Shown in pieces: positions 29,470-39,726 of a DNA stretch of 64,000 nucleotides. Where the stretch lies: the NCBI GenBank assembly GCA_965367815.1, contig CBDUKN010000003.1, positions 32,001-96,000 on the forward strand, in the 5' to 3' direction. Source of the DNA: an uncultured Thermoprotei archaeon (GTDB taxonomy: Archaea > Thermoproteota > Thermoprotei > Thermofilales > B15-G2). The notes beneath the pieces are model-generated. The model saw nothing but the letters and a program-made list of their open reading frames with translations. It ran no database searches and was not told the DNA's origin. Made by a program: the position numbers and the translations under genes. Position 1 is the stretch's first letter. Each line of letters begins with the position of its first letter.

Positions 29470-30579
29470 GTGTTATTTGATGAATTCGTTAAAGAGAATA
29501 TTAAGGATTTTTATGATAGAAGAAGAGAAATGGAGTTACTGAAAAATGGTATTTTTGAATGTAGAAGAATAATCTTAATCTTAGGAATCAGGAGGATAGG
29601 AAAATCCAGTCTCATAAAAGTTACATTAAATCATAATAAAATACCATATATTTATATAGACGTTAGAAGCATTTACCGACAATATAACTACATATCGTCT
29701 TATGCCATACACTATGCACTAGAGTCAGCACTAAACAGGCTCTCTAAGTCAAGTTTCTGGTCTAAATTACTAGACTATCTCAAGAACATCAGAGGAGTAT
29801 CAGTCATGGGTGTAGAAGTAAGGTTCAGCGAGAGTCCTCAGAAAATAATGATGATTATGTCTCAACTCTTTAATGTACTAAATGACTGGGCTTCAGATAA
29901 TAGATCTAAAATTGCCTTAGTTTTCGATGAAGCCCAGTACTTGAGGTACTCTAAAATAAACTTCAGGTCTATAATAGCCTATATTTATGACAATTTGCCC
30001 TACATAACTGTAATTCTATCGGGAAGTGAAGTAGGTTTACTCCATGATTTTCTTAAAGTAAATGATCCTAGATCAGAGCTCTATGGAAGATATATGTATG
30101 AAATAGTTTTAAAGAGATTTAATAGAGAGCAAAGCATAGATTTTCTCTACAAAGGTTTCCAAGAATATGGAATAGAGCCTCCTGTCGATATTATCGAAGA
30201 AGCAGCGAATGCTTTCGGCGGGATAGTAGGCTGGCTAGTATATTTCGGAAGACTTTCTGTAGACAGAGGTTTGAGCAGAGAAGCTATAATAGAGACTTTT
30301 ATTAGGGGATCAAAATTAGTCAAAGAAGAGCTCTTTAAGCTATACGAAAGAAGTCCTAGATACCGTTACGTACTTGAAGCAATTGCTCAAGGAAATACCA
30401 CTTGGAGTAGCATTAAGAAGTACATTACCGCTAGAGAACTAAAGCCAATATATGACTCAGCTCTCTACGAGATTCTTTTGACTCTAGAAAAAATGGGTAT
30501 TGTAGAGAAAATACTAGAAAAAGGTGAAATCAAGTACAGAATAGTAGACCCTGTACTACAGTATGCTGTAACACATTAG
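29470..30579 (+). CDS. Archaeal ATPase (COG1672-type) with C-terminal wHTH
   Basis: FYDRRRE, Walker A GIRRIGKSS, Walker B VFDEAQ, SGSE. Confidence 0.92.
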   Translation: MLFDEFVKENIKDFYDRRREMELLKNGIFECRRIILILGIRRIGKSSLIKVTLNHNKIPYIYIDVRSIYRQYNYISSYAIHYALESALNRLSKSSFWSKLLDYLKNIRGVSVMGVEVRFSESPQKIMMIMSQLFNVLNDWASDNRSKIALVFDEAQYLRYSKINFRSIIAYIYDNLPYITVILSGSEVGLLHDFLKVNDPRSELYGRYMYEIVLKRFNREQSIDFLYKGFQEYGIEPPVDIIEEAANAFGGIVGWLVYFGRLSVDRGLSREAIIETFIRGSKLVKEELFKLYERSPRYRYVLEAIAQGNTTWSSIKKYITARELKPIYDSALYEILLTLEKMGIVEKILEKGEIKYRIVDPVLQYAVTH

Positions 30580-31757
30580 TCACGAACAAAGTATAGTAAA
30601 AACATAGCAGTAAAAATAAGTATGGCTGAAGCAATGTAAGGAGCACTCGCCGATACTCTGTAGGCAAGCACACCAGCTATAGCAGGCGAACAAATAGCTA
30701 AAAGTCTTCTTACAGCAGCTATGCTTCCAAGAAGTGTTCCTCGAAGGTGTTCAGGTATTCTTGAGAAAAGCATGTCCATGTAGAGGGGATCCATTATAGC
30801 GTAGCCTGCTGAAGCAGCTACAGCAGAAACAATAGCTAGTTCAAATCTATAGGAGAACGCTAACAGGAGCTGAGAAAACATTTGGAGAATAAGACCAGCA
30901 GCAACAGCTATTTTAGCTCTTCTTTTACTTATCTTTAAAACAGGTAGCGAAAAAAAGACTACAGTAAGACCTGCTGCAGCCTCATATAGAGATATCTCAA
31001 ATAACCCTCCACCAAAATTCTCGATAAATAAGTTAACTAAAGCCAGGGCAGGTGCAATAGAGTAGGCTAAACCAAGTAAAATTATAATCAGGGCAACAGG
31101 ATAAAATTCTCTGGGAATACTCTTGTCTACTTTCTCCTCCTTTTTCGACTCCTTTTCGCTTTTACCAATTGGTTCAGAGACCTTTGGAAGCCAGTAGAGA
31201 GGCAGAAAAACAAACAAATATGATATTAGTGCAAAGACTAGCACAGAGCAAACTAGGTCTTCGGTACTACAGAAAACTACTCCCAGTAAATAGCCTATAA
31301 TAGGATAAGTTATTGCTTGAAAAAGGAGAGGTAAAACATTATGGTAAACATACAACTTATCTCTAATGTCTTCTGGATAGACAAGGTACTCGTAAACTGG
31401 GTAAACAGAATACATGCTAGAAGACAGTTCCTCAATAATAGCTCCCAATAGAAGAAGGAAAATTTCCTGCTTTAAGAAAGCAATGTAGTAGAGCAAGTAG
31501 GCTGAGCCATCGACAATACTTACTAAAGCCATAATAGCATTAGGAGTGTGTTTATCGAGAAAACGTCCCACGGCAATACTAAGTCCAGCGCTTACAGCAG
31601 AGCCTACCGTGAAAATAAATCCTGCTTCTTCTACAGTAAGGCCTTTAATTAGCATTAAGTAGGGCACAATATACCATACGAAGAGAGTAGGCGTAACTAG
31701 ACAGTGGTAGAAAATATAGCGTTTGGCGGCTGTTGGGGCTCTGCGCCAAATTTCCAT
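30576..31757 (-). CDS. MFS transporter
   Basis: About 12 TM segments, GRFLDK, IPEHLRG. Confidence 0.85.
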   Translation of the reverse strand: MEIWRRAPTAAKRYIFYHCLVTPTLFVWYIVPYLMLIKGLTVEEAGFIFTVGSAVSAGLSIAVGRFLDKHTPNAIMALVSIVDGSAYLLYYIAFLKQEIFLLLLGAIIEELSSSMYSVYPVYEYLVYPEDIRDKLYVYHNVLPLLFQAITYPIIGYLLGVVFCSTEDLVCSVLVFALISYLFVFLPLYWLPKVSEPIGKSEKESKKEEKVDKSIPREFYPVALIIILLGLAYSIAPALALVNLFIENFGGGLFEISLYEAAAGLTVVFFSLPVLKISKRRAKIAVAAGLILQMFSQLLLAFSYRFELAIVSAVAASAGYAIMDPLYMDMLFSRIPEHLRGTLLGSIAAVRRLLAICSPAIAGVLAYRVSASAPYIASAILIFTAMFLLYFVRD

Positions 31758-31865
31758 TTTACAGCCCCTTTAGCAACTTAAGGAATCTCCTTATAAGAAT
31801 TAGTACTTACTAGTACTTCGAACACTTAGAGAAAACATAAGCCTCTATAGTGTTGTAGATTTCCT

Positions 31866-32243
31866 GTGAAGAAAATAGAGCTAATAGTTGCTCTCGCTTA
31901 TACATTAGCCTTAGCATACTTTTCGCTAGTACCAGTACCTAAAGAAGTATCAAGTACAGTTAAAGTAAGCGATATTATCCAGCACTTCGCAGCGTACTTC
32001 ACATTAACTTTTCTCTGGTATATTTTCTGGAGAAAAGTAAAATATTCATCTATTCTGTCGCTTGTAGTAGGCGCTCTAACAGAGTTAGCTCAGTCGGCAG
32101 TGCCGTATAGAGTATTTAGTTTAGCAGACTTAGCTGCAAATACTGCTGGTGTAGTAGTGTCTACTTTACTAATTGTGGGAATAAAACACTGTTTGAATAC
32201 GTTTAAGAATAGAGTGTCAGAAACTGTGTTTAAGTTGAAGTAA
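31866..32243 (+). CDS. VanZ family membrane protein
   Basis: D..QHFAAY, ELAQ..VPYR.FS..DLAANT.G. Confidence 0.88.
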   Translation: MKKIELIVALAYTLALAYFSLVPVPKEVSSTVKVSDIIQHFAAYFTLTFLWYIFWRKVKYSSILSLVVGALTELAQSAVPYRVFSLADLAANTAGVVVSTLLIVGIKHCLNTFKNRVSETVFKLK

Positions 32244-32306
32244 GCTTTTGGTCTGAAATTACGTCGATTTGATAGCTTTTTATAGTATTTATGTTATGTT
32301 CTAACT

Positions 32307-33089
32307 GTGTCTAAAGAATGGGGCCCTCTTTTTAGAGCAGAAGATTAGGTTAAGTATGCGGCCGAAAGAGAAAAAATAAGTGAGGTTTTTCTGGGAGAGA
32401 CTCTTGTTGTAACACCTATAGGTAGTATTTACAGTAGTCTAGCAGAGTTCTTTAATGCAAGACCTTGGGTAAACTGGATTTATAAACCAGATGAACTTTG
32501 GGGCGCAAAAGTAGCAGATATTTTCGGTCAAAAAGTATTCTTTACGGCAATTAGCCCAGGAGCTCCCAAGTCTCGATTATTGAGGAAACTATTGTAGCTG
32601 GAGTAAAGAGAGTAATTTTCATAGGACTTGCAGGAAGTCTTAGAGTAGAAACAGGTGACTTTATTGTCCCCTACGGAGCAATATGTGAAGACGTTTTTTC
32701 GCAACACTATATCCCATATGGAATACCTATAGAAGCTTTAAAAAGCTGCATGAATACATGTTTAAGGCCTGCAGTGAACTAGGCTGCCGCGTACATAGCG
32801 GTAGAGTATGGACTACCTCAGCTCCATGTAGAGAACTGAAATGGAAAGCCGAAGAATACTTCGAGAAATGGGAGTGTAGAGCAGTTGAAATGGAAGAGGT
32901 GCTGTCTATGCTCTAGCTACATACTACGGTATAGAGAGAGTAGCTTTACTCGTAATATCAGATCTAGTATATCCTGGACAGAAATTTGGTTTTCATAAAG
33001 AAGAGTTGAAAGAATCGATAACTAAAATACCTCTTATTTTAAAGAGATTCTTTTTCTACTGTTTCAAGGAGAATAAAAGCTTACAGTAA
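32307..33089 (+). pseudogene. Nucleoside phosphorylase (PNP/UDP family) pseudogene
   Basis: Fragments IFIGLAGSL, GRVWTTSAP, AVEME, LLVISD; in-frame TAG near 32346 and several frameshifts. Confidence 0.8.
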
Positions 33090-33172
33090 AAGAGTTTTAA
33101 CTATATTATTAGCTTAAGTACATAGGAGTCTTCTTTAAGAAAAATATAGTTTTATGCAATATCTGGATATCG

Positions 33173-33397
33173 ATGAGAAGAGAAGACAGAAGCTTCATTA
33201 AACTAATAATAACCATACTAATCATAACAATAATTCTCTACTTGCCAATACATGCAGGTTATGCTAAAATACCTAAAGATTGGACTCCAAGAGAAGTAGC
33301 AAACTTGCTAGAAGGAGTAGTCAAGTACTGGATTGAAGTACTTAAAGTAGTTATCGCTAAGCTACAGCAGCTAATTAAAGATTTTCTAAAGAAATAA
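33173..33397 (+). CDS. Small membrane-anchored hypothetical protein
   Basis: 74 aa, one TM segment plus an amphipathic helix. Confidence 0.6.
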   Translation: MRREDRSFIKLIITILIITIILYLPIHAGYAKIPKDWTPREVANLLEGVVKYWIEVLKVVIAKLQQLIKDFLKK

Positions 33398-33508
33398 ACA
33401 ATAATGTAAATATTACTATTTATTGATAATTGATTGAAAATATTTTTAACTAGTCAAAACTATTGTTCAAATCAAGTTTTTCCAAAATAGGATTTCTAGA
33501 CAAAGTTT

Positions 33509-35287
33509 TTGTATATAAACGCAGAAGATAAAACAGTGTCAAGTAGGCATGTTAAACTAAAATCATTAATATTAAATGTATTTCAATGTTTCTTAATACT
33601 TATCATCACAATTAACATTTTTGCCTTATTTGCTTCAACTCCTTCTATTGGATTAAATTATATTAAAGCTAATATAAGCAATTTGAAGTGGATGGAACTA
33701 GCCGAAAAAGATTTAGAAATTATTAGAATATCTAGAAAGTTAATCAGAAAGAACGGTGTAGTGCTCAATTTCACCTATATTAAATTCAACATGATCATTG
33801 GTGAAGGAAAAACCTTTATTTACGGAGTTTTAGTTAAGCGTGTCGACTTAGAAAATAAGGTTCCTGGAATTGTTCTTGTTCACGGCTGGGGAGGTAATCA
33901 TAAGTCTCTACTGAGTTATGCTGAATACTTGGCTTCAGAGAAATTTGTTGTACTAGCTATTGATGCCGCAGGACACGGCAAAAGTGGTCTTATCAATAGG
34001 CCTAAAGTTCTCTATTTAACCGACTGGGATTTCAAGAACATTGAGTATTCTTTGCTGAGGCAAGTGTACCTGAGTGCTATAAGAGCAGTATCTGTTTTAA
34101 CTAGAGTTCCTTCAGTAGATTCCAGAAAAATAGGAATATGTGGAGCAAGCATGGGGGGTTTAACTAGCCTAGTAGCTGGAGCTGTAGATCCTCGAATTCA
34201 AGTAGTGGTTCCTGTAGTCGCTTCGGGCTGTCTTCTTTCGAGTATTAGGCTTGGTGGACTATCTAATTTTCTAATTTCACGCAATATTTCTCGGTTCAAC
34301 AAGTACTTGGCAAATGTAGCTTATATAGATCCCGTAAACTATGTTCACTTAATGAAGAATAAGAGAATATACATTCTCTTTTCAACTCACGACGAGTTCT
34401 TTCCTATTGAAGGTCTTCTCCGTACTTTGAGTAAAATAAAAGCTGAAGAGCTCTACTTATCGCTCGCAGCTAACAATAACCACTATAGGGAATACTATGG
34501 GTGGAGAGAATATGCGCTAAAATTCTTTAAACATGTCTTCTATGGAGAAGATTTCCCTAAACTAGAGTACAGCGCAGTCGACTTAGAGTTAGGACTGTAT
34601 GCAGGTGCAAAAGATGGAGTTTACTTGGAAGTCAGGCCTGCTATACAAGGTTTTCCGTACACTAGACTCAAGCCTCCAGTATTTTTACCTTATTTATTTC
34701 CTTTACAGTATCTTGTTGAGTTGAGAGACAGCAGTGGAAGACTCGTAGTAACTTCTGCTCCAGTAAAAGTAGGGTCGACTGCCGCTACAGTAGTTTTAGT
34801 TCTTTCTGTAGTGCTTCTACTATTGAGTAAAAGAAGCTTAAAGCATTTACCAGACTTATTCTTCGTGACTATAGCTGCTCTCGTCCATGTTTCTCCACTA
34901 CTTCATTGTCCTAGCAGATTTACGTTAAATATTCTTCAGTTAACTGAACGCTACGGCGTTTATACAGGAAGCTTATACACTACACCTTTTCTAGCGTTGC
35001 TGTCTCCTATAGTATACTACTTATGTCTTTTAATGAAAAATAAGAAGGAGAAAATTCTCTTGGCTATAGTGTACTTAATTGTATCTAGCGCTACATTCAT
35101 TGAAGTCTCGTATATTATCTCTAGAGTACTGTCTAAAGTACCTGAGCAGCTAAGACCCAATATTCTTATTCTACCTACTTTCCTACTAAACTTAATTCCA
35201 CTAATATACCTCTATGCTAGAGAAAAGAAGCTTAAAAAAGTGCTTGGGGACTTAAAGATTATTTTGCGTGCTACTGAAAAAGACTAA
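33509..35287 (+). CDS. Membrane-bound alpha/beta hydrolase (esterase-like)
   Basis: VHGWGG, DAAGHGKS, GASMG nucleophile elbow, HDEFF; N- and C-terminal TM helices; start uncertain. Confidence 0.85.
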   Translation: MYINAEDKTVSSRHVKLKSLILNVFQCFLILIITINIFALFASTPSIGLNYIKANISNLKWMELAEKDLEIIRISRKLIRKNGVVLNFTYIKFNMIIGEGKTFIYGVLVKRVDLENKVPGIVLVHGWGGNHKSLLSYAEYLASEKFVVLAIDAAGHGKSGLINRPKVLYLTDWDFKNIEYSLLRQVYLSAIRAVSVLTRVPSVDSRKIGICGASMGGLTSLVAGAVDPRIQVVVPVVASGCLLSSIRLGGLSNFLISRNISRFNKYLANVAYIDPVNYVHLMKNKRIYILFSTHDEFFPIEGLLRTLSKIKAEELYLSLAANNNHYREYYGWREYALKFFKHVFYGEDFPKLEYSAVDLELGLYAGAKDGVYLEVRPAIQGFPYTRLKPPVFLPYLFPLQYLVELRDSSGRLVVTSAPVKVGSTAATVVLVLSVVLLLLSKRSLKHLPDLFFVTIAALVHVSPLLHCPSRFTLNILQLTERYGVYTGSLYTTPFLALLSPIVYYLCLLMKNKKEKILLAIVYLIVSSATFIEVSYIISRVLSKVPEQLRPNILILPTFLLNLIPLIYLYAREKKLKKVLGDLKIILRATEKD

Positions 35288-35360
35288 CTTATTTTAAGTG
35301 GGAAAAATAAAAATCTAGTAAATGAAAAAGTATTTCTTTAGTAAACCAGTACATTAACAT

Positions 35361-35651
35361 GTGGCTTTGGGAAGAAGCAAAATAGATGCTGTTGTAATTA
35401 ATGAGAAAGACAATGTGGCTGTTGCTCTGAGAGACATTAAGCCGAGTGAGAGAATTATAGTCTCCATTAAGGATAAAACACTAGAGCTTATCGTAAAAGA
35501 TTTCATAAAGAGAGGACATAAAATTGCTCTCTATGATATTAAGAAGGGAGACTATATAATAAAATACGGCGAAATTATTGGAGTAGCTACTGAGGATATT
35601 AAACAAGGACAACATGTGCACTGTCATAATGTTAAAAGTGCTAGAATTTAA
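35361..35651 (+). CDS. UxaA/GarD family dehydratase, SAF (small) subunit
   Basis: DNVAVAL, GHKIAL, IKYGEIIG, G.HVHCHN. Confidence 0.92.
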   Translation: MALGRSKIDAVVINEKDNVAVALRDIKPSERIIVSIKDKTLELIVKDFIKRGHKIALYDIKKGDYIIKYGEIIGVATEDIKQGQHVHCHNVKSARI

Positions 35652-35668
35652 TTGATTGAGGTGAGATT

Positions 35669-36832
35669 ATGAGAAATTATGAAATTAAAGCTTACATAAG
35701 ACCTGATGGTAAAGTAGGAGTAAGAAACCATGTCGTAGTTCTTCCTACTGTTATTTGCTCCCTTTACACAGCTCGGAAAATAGCTAATATGTTTCATCAA
35801 GCTATCTGTATTGAAAATCAACATGGGTGTTGTCAAATTGGACCGGACTTAGAGCTCACAACAAAAGTATTAATCAATACTGCAAAGAACCCTAATGTTG
35901 CAGCAGTACTAGTAGTGGCGCTTGGCTGTGAAAGTGTTCCCTATAGTAAAGTTGTCAAAGAAATAGAGAAAACAGGAAAACCAGTAGACTTAGTAGTAAT
36001 TCGAGAGGAAGGAGAGATTAAAACTATCGAGAAGGGTATTAGAATACTAAGAGACTTTATAGAATATGCTGATTCGCTGAAAAGAGAGAAGACTGATATT
36101 TCAGAGCTTACTGTGGGTATAGAGTGTGGTGGTTCTGACTGGACATCAGCAATAGCCGCTAATCCAGCAGTAGGATATGTTGCCGACAAGTTAATTGATT
36201 TAGGAGCTACAGTAATTTTCTCTGAAACAAGTGAGCTAATAGGAGCTGAGCATATTTTAGCTAAGAGAGCAGTCAGCAAGGAGGTAGCTGATAAGCTGCT
36301 GAATGTTGTTAAAGGAGTTGAAGAGAAGGCGAAAAGCATTGGAGTCGATATTAGGGGAGGGCAGCCGACTCGCGGAAATATTGAAGGCGGAATTACTACA
36401 ATCGAAGAAAAATCTCTCGGAGCTATATATAAGGCTGGAACCAGGCCTCTGAAAGGTGTTCTAGACTATGCTGAAGCTCTAGAAGATAAAGGACTTTACT
36501 TCATGCATACACCTGGCCAAGATATTGAATCGATTACAGGAATGGTTGCAGGTGGAGCTCAGTTAATACTCTTTACAACTGGCTTAGGTACTCCGACAGG
36601 AAACCCTATAGCACCAGTAATTAAAGTAACAGGGAATCCCTGGACATACGAGAAAATGAAAGAGAATATTGATATTAATGCTGGAAGTATTGTGCTAGGA
36701 GAGAAGACTATTAGCGAGGTAGGAGAAGAAATATTCGAGAAGCTAGTAAGAGTCGTAAACGGAGAGCTCACTAAAGCCGAGATACTAGGGCACAGAGAAT
36801 TCGGTATCTATAAGCTGTACTCAACTTTCTAG
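35669..36832 (+). CDS. UxaA/GarD/SuyB family dehydratase, large subunit
   Basis: GVRNH, HGCCQ, LGCE, ECGGSD, GN..GGITTIEEKSLG, FTTG.G. Confidence 0.93.
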   Translation: MRNYEIKAYIRPDGKVGVRNHVVVLPTVICSLYTARKIANMFHQAICIENQHGCCQIGPDLELTTKVLINTAKNPNVAAVLVVALGCESVPYSKVVKEIEKTGKPVDLVVIREEGEIKTIEKGIRILRDFIEYADSLKREKTDISELTVGIECGGSDWTSAIAANPAVGYVADKLIDLGATVIFSETSELIGAEHILAKRAVSKEVADKLLNVVKGVEEKAKSIGVDIRGGQPTRGNIEGGITTIEEKSLGAIYKAGTRPLKGVLDYAEALEDKGLYFMHTPGQDIESITGMVAGGAQLILFTTGLGTPTGNPIAPVIKVTGNPWTYEKMKENIDINAGSIVLGEKTISEVGEEIFEKLVRVVNGELTKAEILGHREFGIYKLYSTF

Positions 36833-37083
36833 ACTATTACGGGAATATTTGCTTCTCTTAATAACTTTCTGAAAACCGATATGCTTATTTTAGCTATTTT
36901 ACAAGCTCTCCTAATATCTCCTGTTTCTATGTAGTATTTTAGTGCTGCTTTTATTCTAGGTGGCTGTTTTTCAATAAAATTCCAGTCAGCATACTTACGC
37001 CTAATCTCCCTAAACTCCTCTTCTTCTCTACGGATTTTTTCAAGTAGTTCTTTTTCATAGTCTTTTACTTCAGCTTCAGACAT
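36829..37083 (-). CDS. Small HTH-like putative antitoxin (downstream copy, cassette 1)
   Basis: ADWNFIEKQPPRIKAALKYYIETGD core plus C-terminal HTH-like segment; overlaps the PIN gene. Confidence 0.75.
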   Translation of the reverse strand: MSEAEVKDYEKELLEKIRREEEEFREIRRKYADWNFIEKQPPRIKAALKYYIETGDIRRACKIAKISISVFRKLLREANIPVIV

Positions 37084-37823
37084 TTAATCACCTTATCGAT
37101 AGCGTATTTTAGATCAGAGCGGGGGAAAATATGCTTTGTGTCGTTTTCATACTCTCTAAATACTCTTTCAACATCTTCTCTCTTTTTCACCTTAATTGTT
37201 TTTCTAATAATTGCTTCAGTTAGTACTTCAAGAGCTCTCCACACTACTACGTTTTTCAGTTCACTTAGTGTTCTTGTAGCTAGTAAAGCTCCTCTATTTT
37301 CCGTTAAAACTATAGCATTAAGCCTCTGCCCCACTACTAAGCAAATAGCCTCAGGCAAGTCTACTTTCCTTAAAAAAGGCTTCGAGGATATCTTCAATAC
37401 GAGTTCTTCAGCTTTTCTTAAGTCGAGGGGGGAAGGAGTAAACAGTAACATGTTTCCTTTAGCTAGCTGCGCAGAAACCCATGAAATACTCTTCTCGTCT
37501 TCTATCTCAGCTAATACTTGTTCTGGTACTAGTATAGTTTTGAAGATTTCTGTAAGGATACTTCTTCTACGATAGTAGGCCCAGTCGATAATAAAACAGG
37601 TGTCAGATATAGCTAGTTTAAGCGACATTTGGTATCCCGGCTTTTCTTCTTAGCTCATTCATTTTTCCTACAGTTACTCCAGCTATTCTCGAGGCTACGT
37701 AGAGGTCTCCTGTTTCTATGTAGTATTTTAGTGCTGCTTTTATTCTAGGTGGCTGTTTTTCAATAAAATTCCAGTCAGCATACTTACGCCTAATCTCCCT
37801 AAACTCCTCTTCTTCTCTACGGA
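36917..37823. repeat. Perfect 118-bp direct repeat, 36917-37034 and 37706-37823
   Basis: Base-by-base identity, offset 789 bp. Confidence 0.95.
37065..37628 (-). CDS. PIN-domain protein (cassette 1)
   Basis: ISDTCFIIDW, VPEQVLAEI, DLPEAICL, VLTEN. Confidence 0.88.
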   Translation of the reverse strand: MSLKLAISDTCFIIDWAYYRRRSILTEIFKTILVPEQVLAEIEDEKSISWVSAQLAKGNMLLFTPSPLDLRKAEELVLKISSKPFLRKVDLPEAICLVVGQRLNAIVLTENRGALLATRTLSELKNVVVWRALEVLTEAIIRKTIKVKKREDVERVFREYENDTKHIFPRSDLKYAIDKVIKCLKLK

Positions 37824-37857
37824 ACTTTTCTAGAATTTTATTTACTTTTTTCTCCAA
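37618..37857 (-). CDS. Small HTH-like putative antitoxin (upstream copy, cassette 1)
   Basis: Same core as 36829-37083 with a different C-terminus. Confidence 0.75.
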   Translation of the reverse strand: MEKKVNKILEKFRREEEEFREIRRKYADWNFIEKQPPRIKAALKYYIETGDLYVASRIAGVTVGKMNELRRKAGIPNVA

Positions 37858-37975
37858 GAGGTTCCCCAGTAGACATTCTTTTTTCTCTAATTAATTTATT
37901 TGTTGCTTAAAGGAAACCCCTAAATTCCTTTTCTAGTCGAAGAATATTACTTTATTTTGTATTGAAAATAATTGA

Positions 37976-38431
37976 ATGGTGAGAGTATCTCGGGTAAAGA
38001 ATTAAGAATTTACCGCGACACTTTAATGGCGGTTATGGGTCATATTCTAGTAATGCTTTATGACGAAGAGGCTTTAGATATGTTATCGGACTGGCTTTAC
38101 CGTAAGAGAAGAGTGGAGAGAAAAGTCTAAAGCTATTAAAGATAAAAGTGCGGAATTTTTTTTAAGATTCTTTAGTAATGAAGCACATGAATATGAAATT
38201 GTTAGAAAAGATAAAGATGTTTTAGAAGTTAAAGTCTACAAATGTATTCACGCAGAGGTATTTAGAAAACTAAACGCCACGAATATAGGCTATAAGCTAA
38301 TATGTAGAGGAGACGATGCTGCAACAGAAGGATTTAGCCCGGATATAGAGCTTATACGTCCTAAAATTTTAATGAAAGGAGACGACTGCTGCCACTTTAT
38401 ATGGAGACGTAAAAAGAGAGCCGAAAGCTAG
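37976..38431 (+). pseudogene. ATC-hydrolase-like (V4R-like) protein, disrupted 5' half
   Basis: Intact 3' part CIHAEVFRKL..IGYKLICRGD...LMKGDDCCHFIW; 5' part has stops and frameshifts. Confidence 0.7.
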
Positions 38432-38440
38432 CGTAGGCGC

Positions 38441-39514
38441 TCAAGGTACTATTTCGACTGTATTATTGAATGGAGGATACTTAATATCGTTCAATGAAAC
38501 AACGCCTGCTTTCAGAGACTCAGCAATTTTAATACATGCTTTCTTTAAGAGGTCTATTAAGTACATTGTTGTGCTACAGACTTTTCTAAAGCCTTTTTCT
38601 CCCCAAAGTCTCTCTACGTGTGCATAGAGACATCGTCCTCCACAGTAATCTAAATAAGAGCACTGGGTGCAAGGGGGTCCTATATAATACTTTTTAAGGG
38701 TTCGAGGTGTATCGCGGGAAATATGGCCTGCTTCAGCCCACTTCTCGTATACTGCTATAGGGCAGGCTAATATTCTCCCATCTGTAGAGATAGCATAAGC
38801 TGAAACGCCGGCTCCACATGGAGGTTTCTCGAGAGGAGTTTTTGTTAGAATAGCATAAGCTATTGCTTTAAACGGCGCTATTCCAGGCACGGTTCCCTTC
38901 TCTATTTCACTAGTCCAGTACTCTATTAGCTTAGCTAAGCCAGGCATATATGTTGAATAGAGCCATTTATCGAAGTTTCGCCACCTATTGCTCCAAATTA
39001 CGTCAAGCTGCCAGTGCACGTGATCGAACAGCTTTAGTGAAAGAAGATGCATTACATCTCGGTAAATATCGCTTTCTTCACTTACAGCCATTCTGGCAAT
39101 TAAGTCTCCCTTAAAGCCTATTTTCCTCAACCACTTAGCTGCGGCTAATACTTTGTCGTAAATACCCCTGCCTCTATAGTAGTCTGTAACTTCTTTAACT
39201 CCGTCAATTGAAAGCAATACTGCGTCAAAACGTCTCCAATATTTCTCGTGAAGCCTATGTACGAGAGTAGCGTTAGTCTGAATAACGTATTTCGCCCAGC
39301 CAATAGAATCCATTACTTTCTCTATAAAGACATGATTTAAGAGTGGCTCGCCTCCATAGAAAGCAATAATGGGATCTGGGTCTTCTTCAATAAACTTAAT
39401 GAGGTCTCTCAAAGAATACTTTATCTCCCAAGGAACTACTTCAGGCGGAAAACTTCCACCACAGTAAATACATTTTAAGTTACATTGACCAGTAGTAAGT
39501 ACTATATATAACAC
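38441..39514 (-). CDS. Radical SAM/SPASM protein (TIGR04084-like)
   Basis: TTGQCNLKCIYCGGSF, FYGGEP, CGAG...CP, CTQC...CGGRC. Confidence 0.88.
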   Translation of the reverse strand: MLYIVLTTGQCNLKCIYCGGSFPPEVVPWEIKYSLRDLIKFIEEDPDPIIAFYGGEPLLNHVFIEKVMDSIGWAKYVIQTNATLVHRLHEKYWRRFDAVLLSIDGVKEVTDYYRGRGIYDKVLAAAKWLRKIGFKGDLIARMAVSEESDIYRDVMHLLSLKLFDHVHWQLDVIWSNRWRNFDKWLYSTYMPGLAKLIEYWTSEIEKGTVPGIAPFKAIAYAILTKTPLEKPPCGAGVSAYAISTDGRILACPIAVYEKWAEAGHISRDTPRTLKKYYIGPPCTQCSYLDYCGGRCLYAHVERLWGEKGFRKVCSTTMYLIDLLKKACIKIAESLKAGVVSLNDIKYPPFNNTVEIVP

Positions 39515-39726
39515 AGCTAGCTGTGAAAAACAAAATTTATTTCTTGCGTCTAACTACCTTATATTCCAGTCACAACTTTAATGAGCAAAATCTTACAATT
39601 TATTTTATTTAAATAAGTTAATGTCAAGCAAAGTGTATTAAATATAGGTTTTTATAAGCAAACATTAGCTTAATTTTATTCAAGTATAGATAGAAATAAA
39701 TAAGTTGTGTAGCTAAAGTAAGTGTT

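Noticed and set aside
9103-39514. RiPP cluster from radical SAM/SPASM enzymes, TldD/PmbA and GNAT
   Set aside because: Genes are scattered over 30 kb, with no adjacent precursor peptide or YcaO recognised
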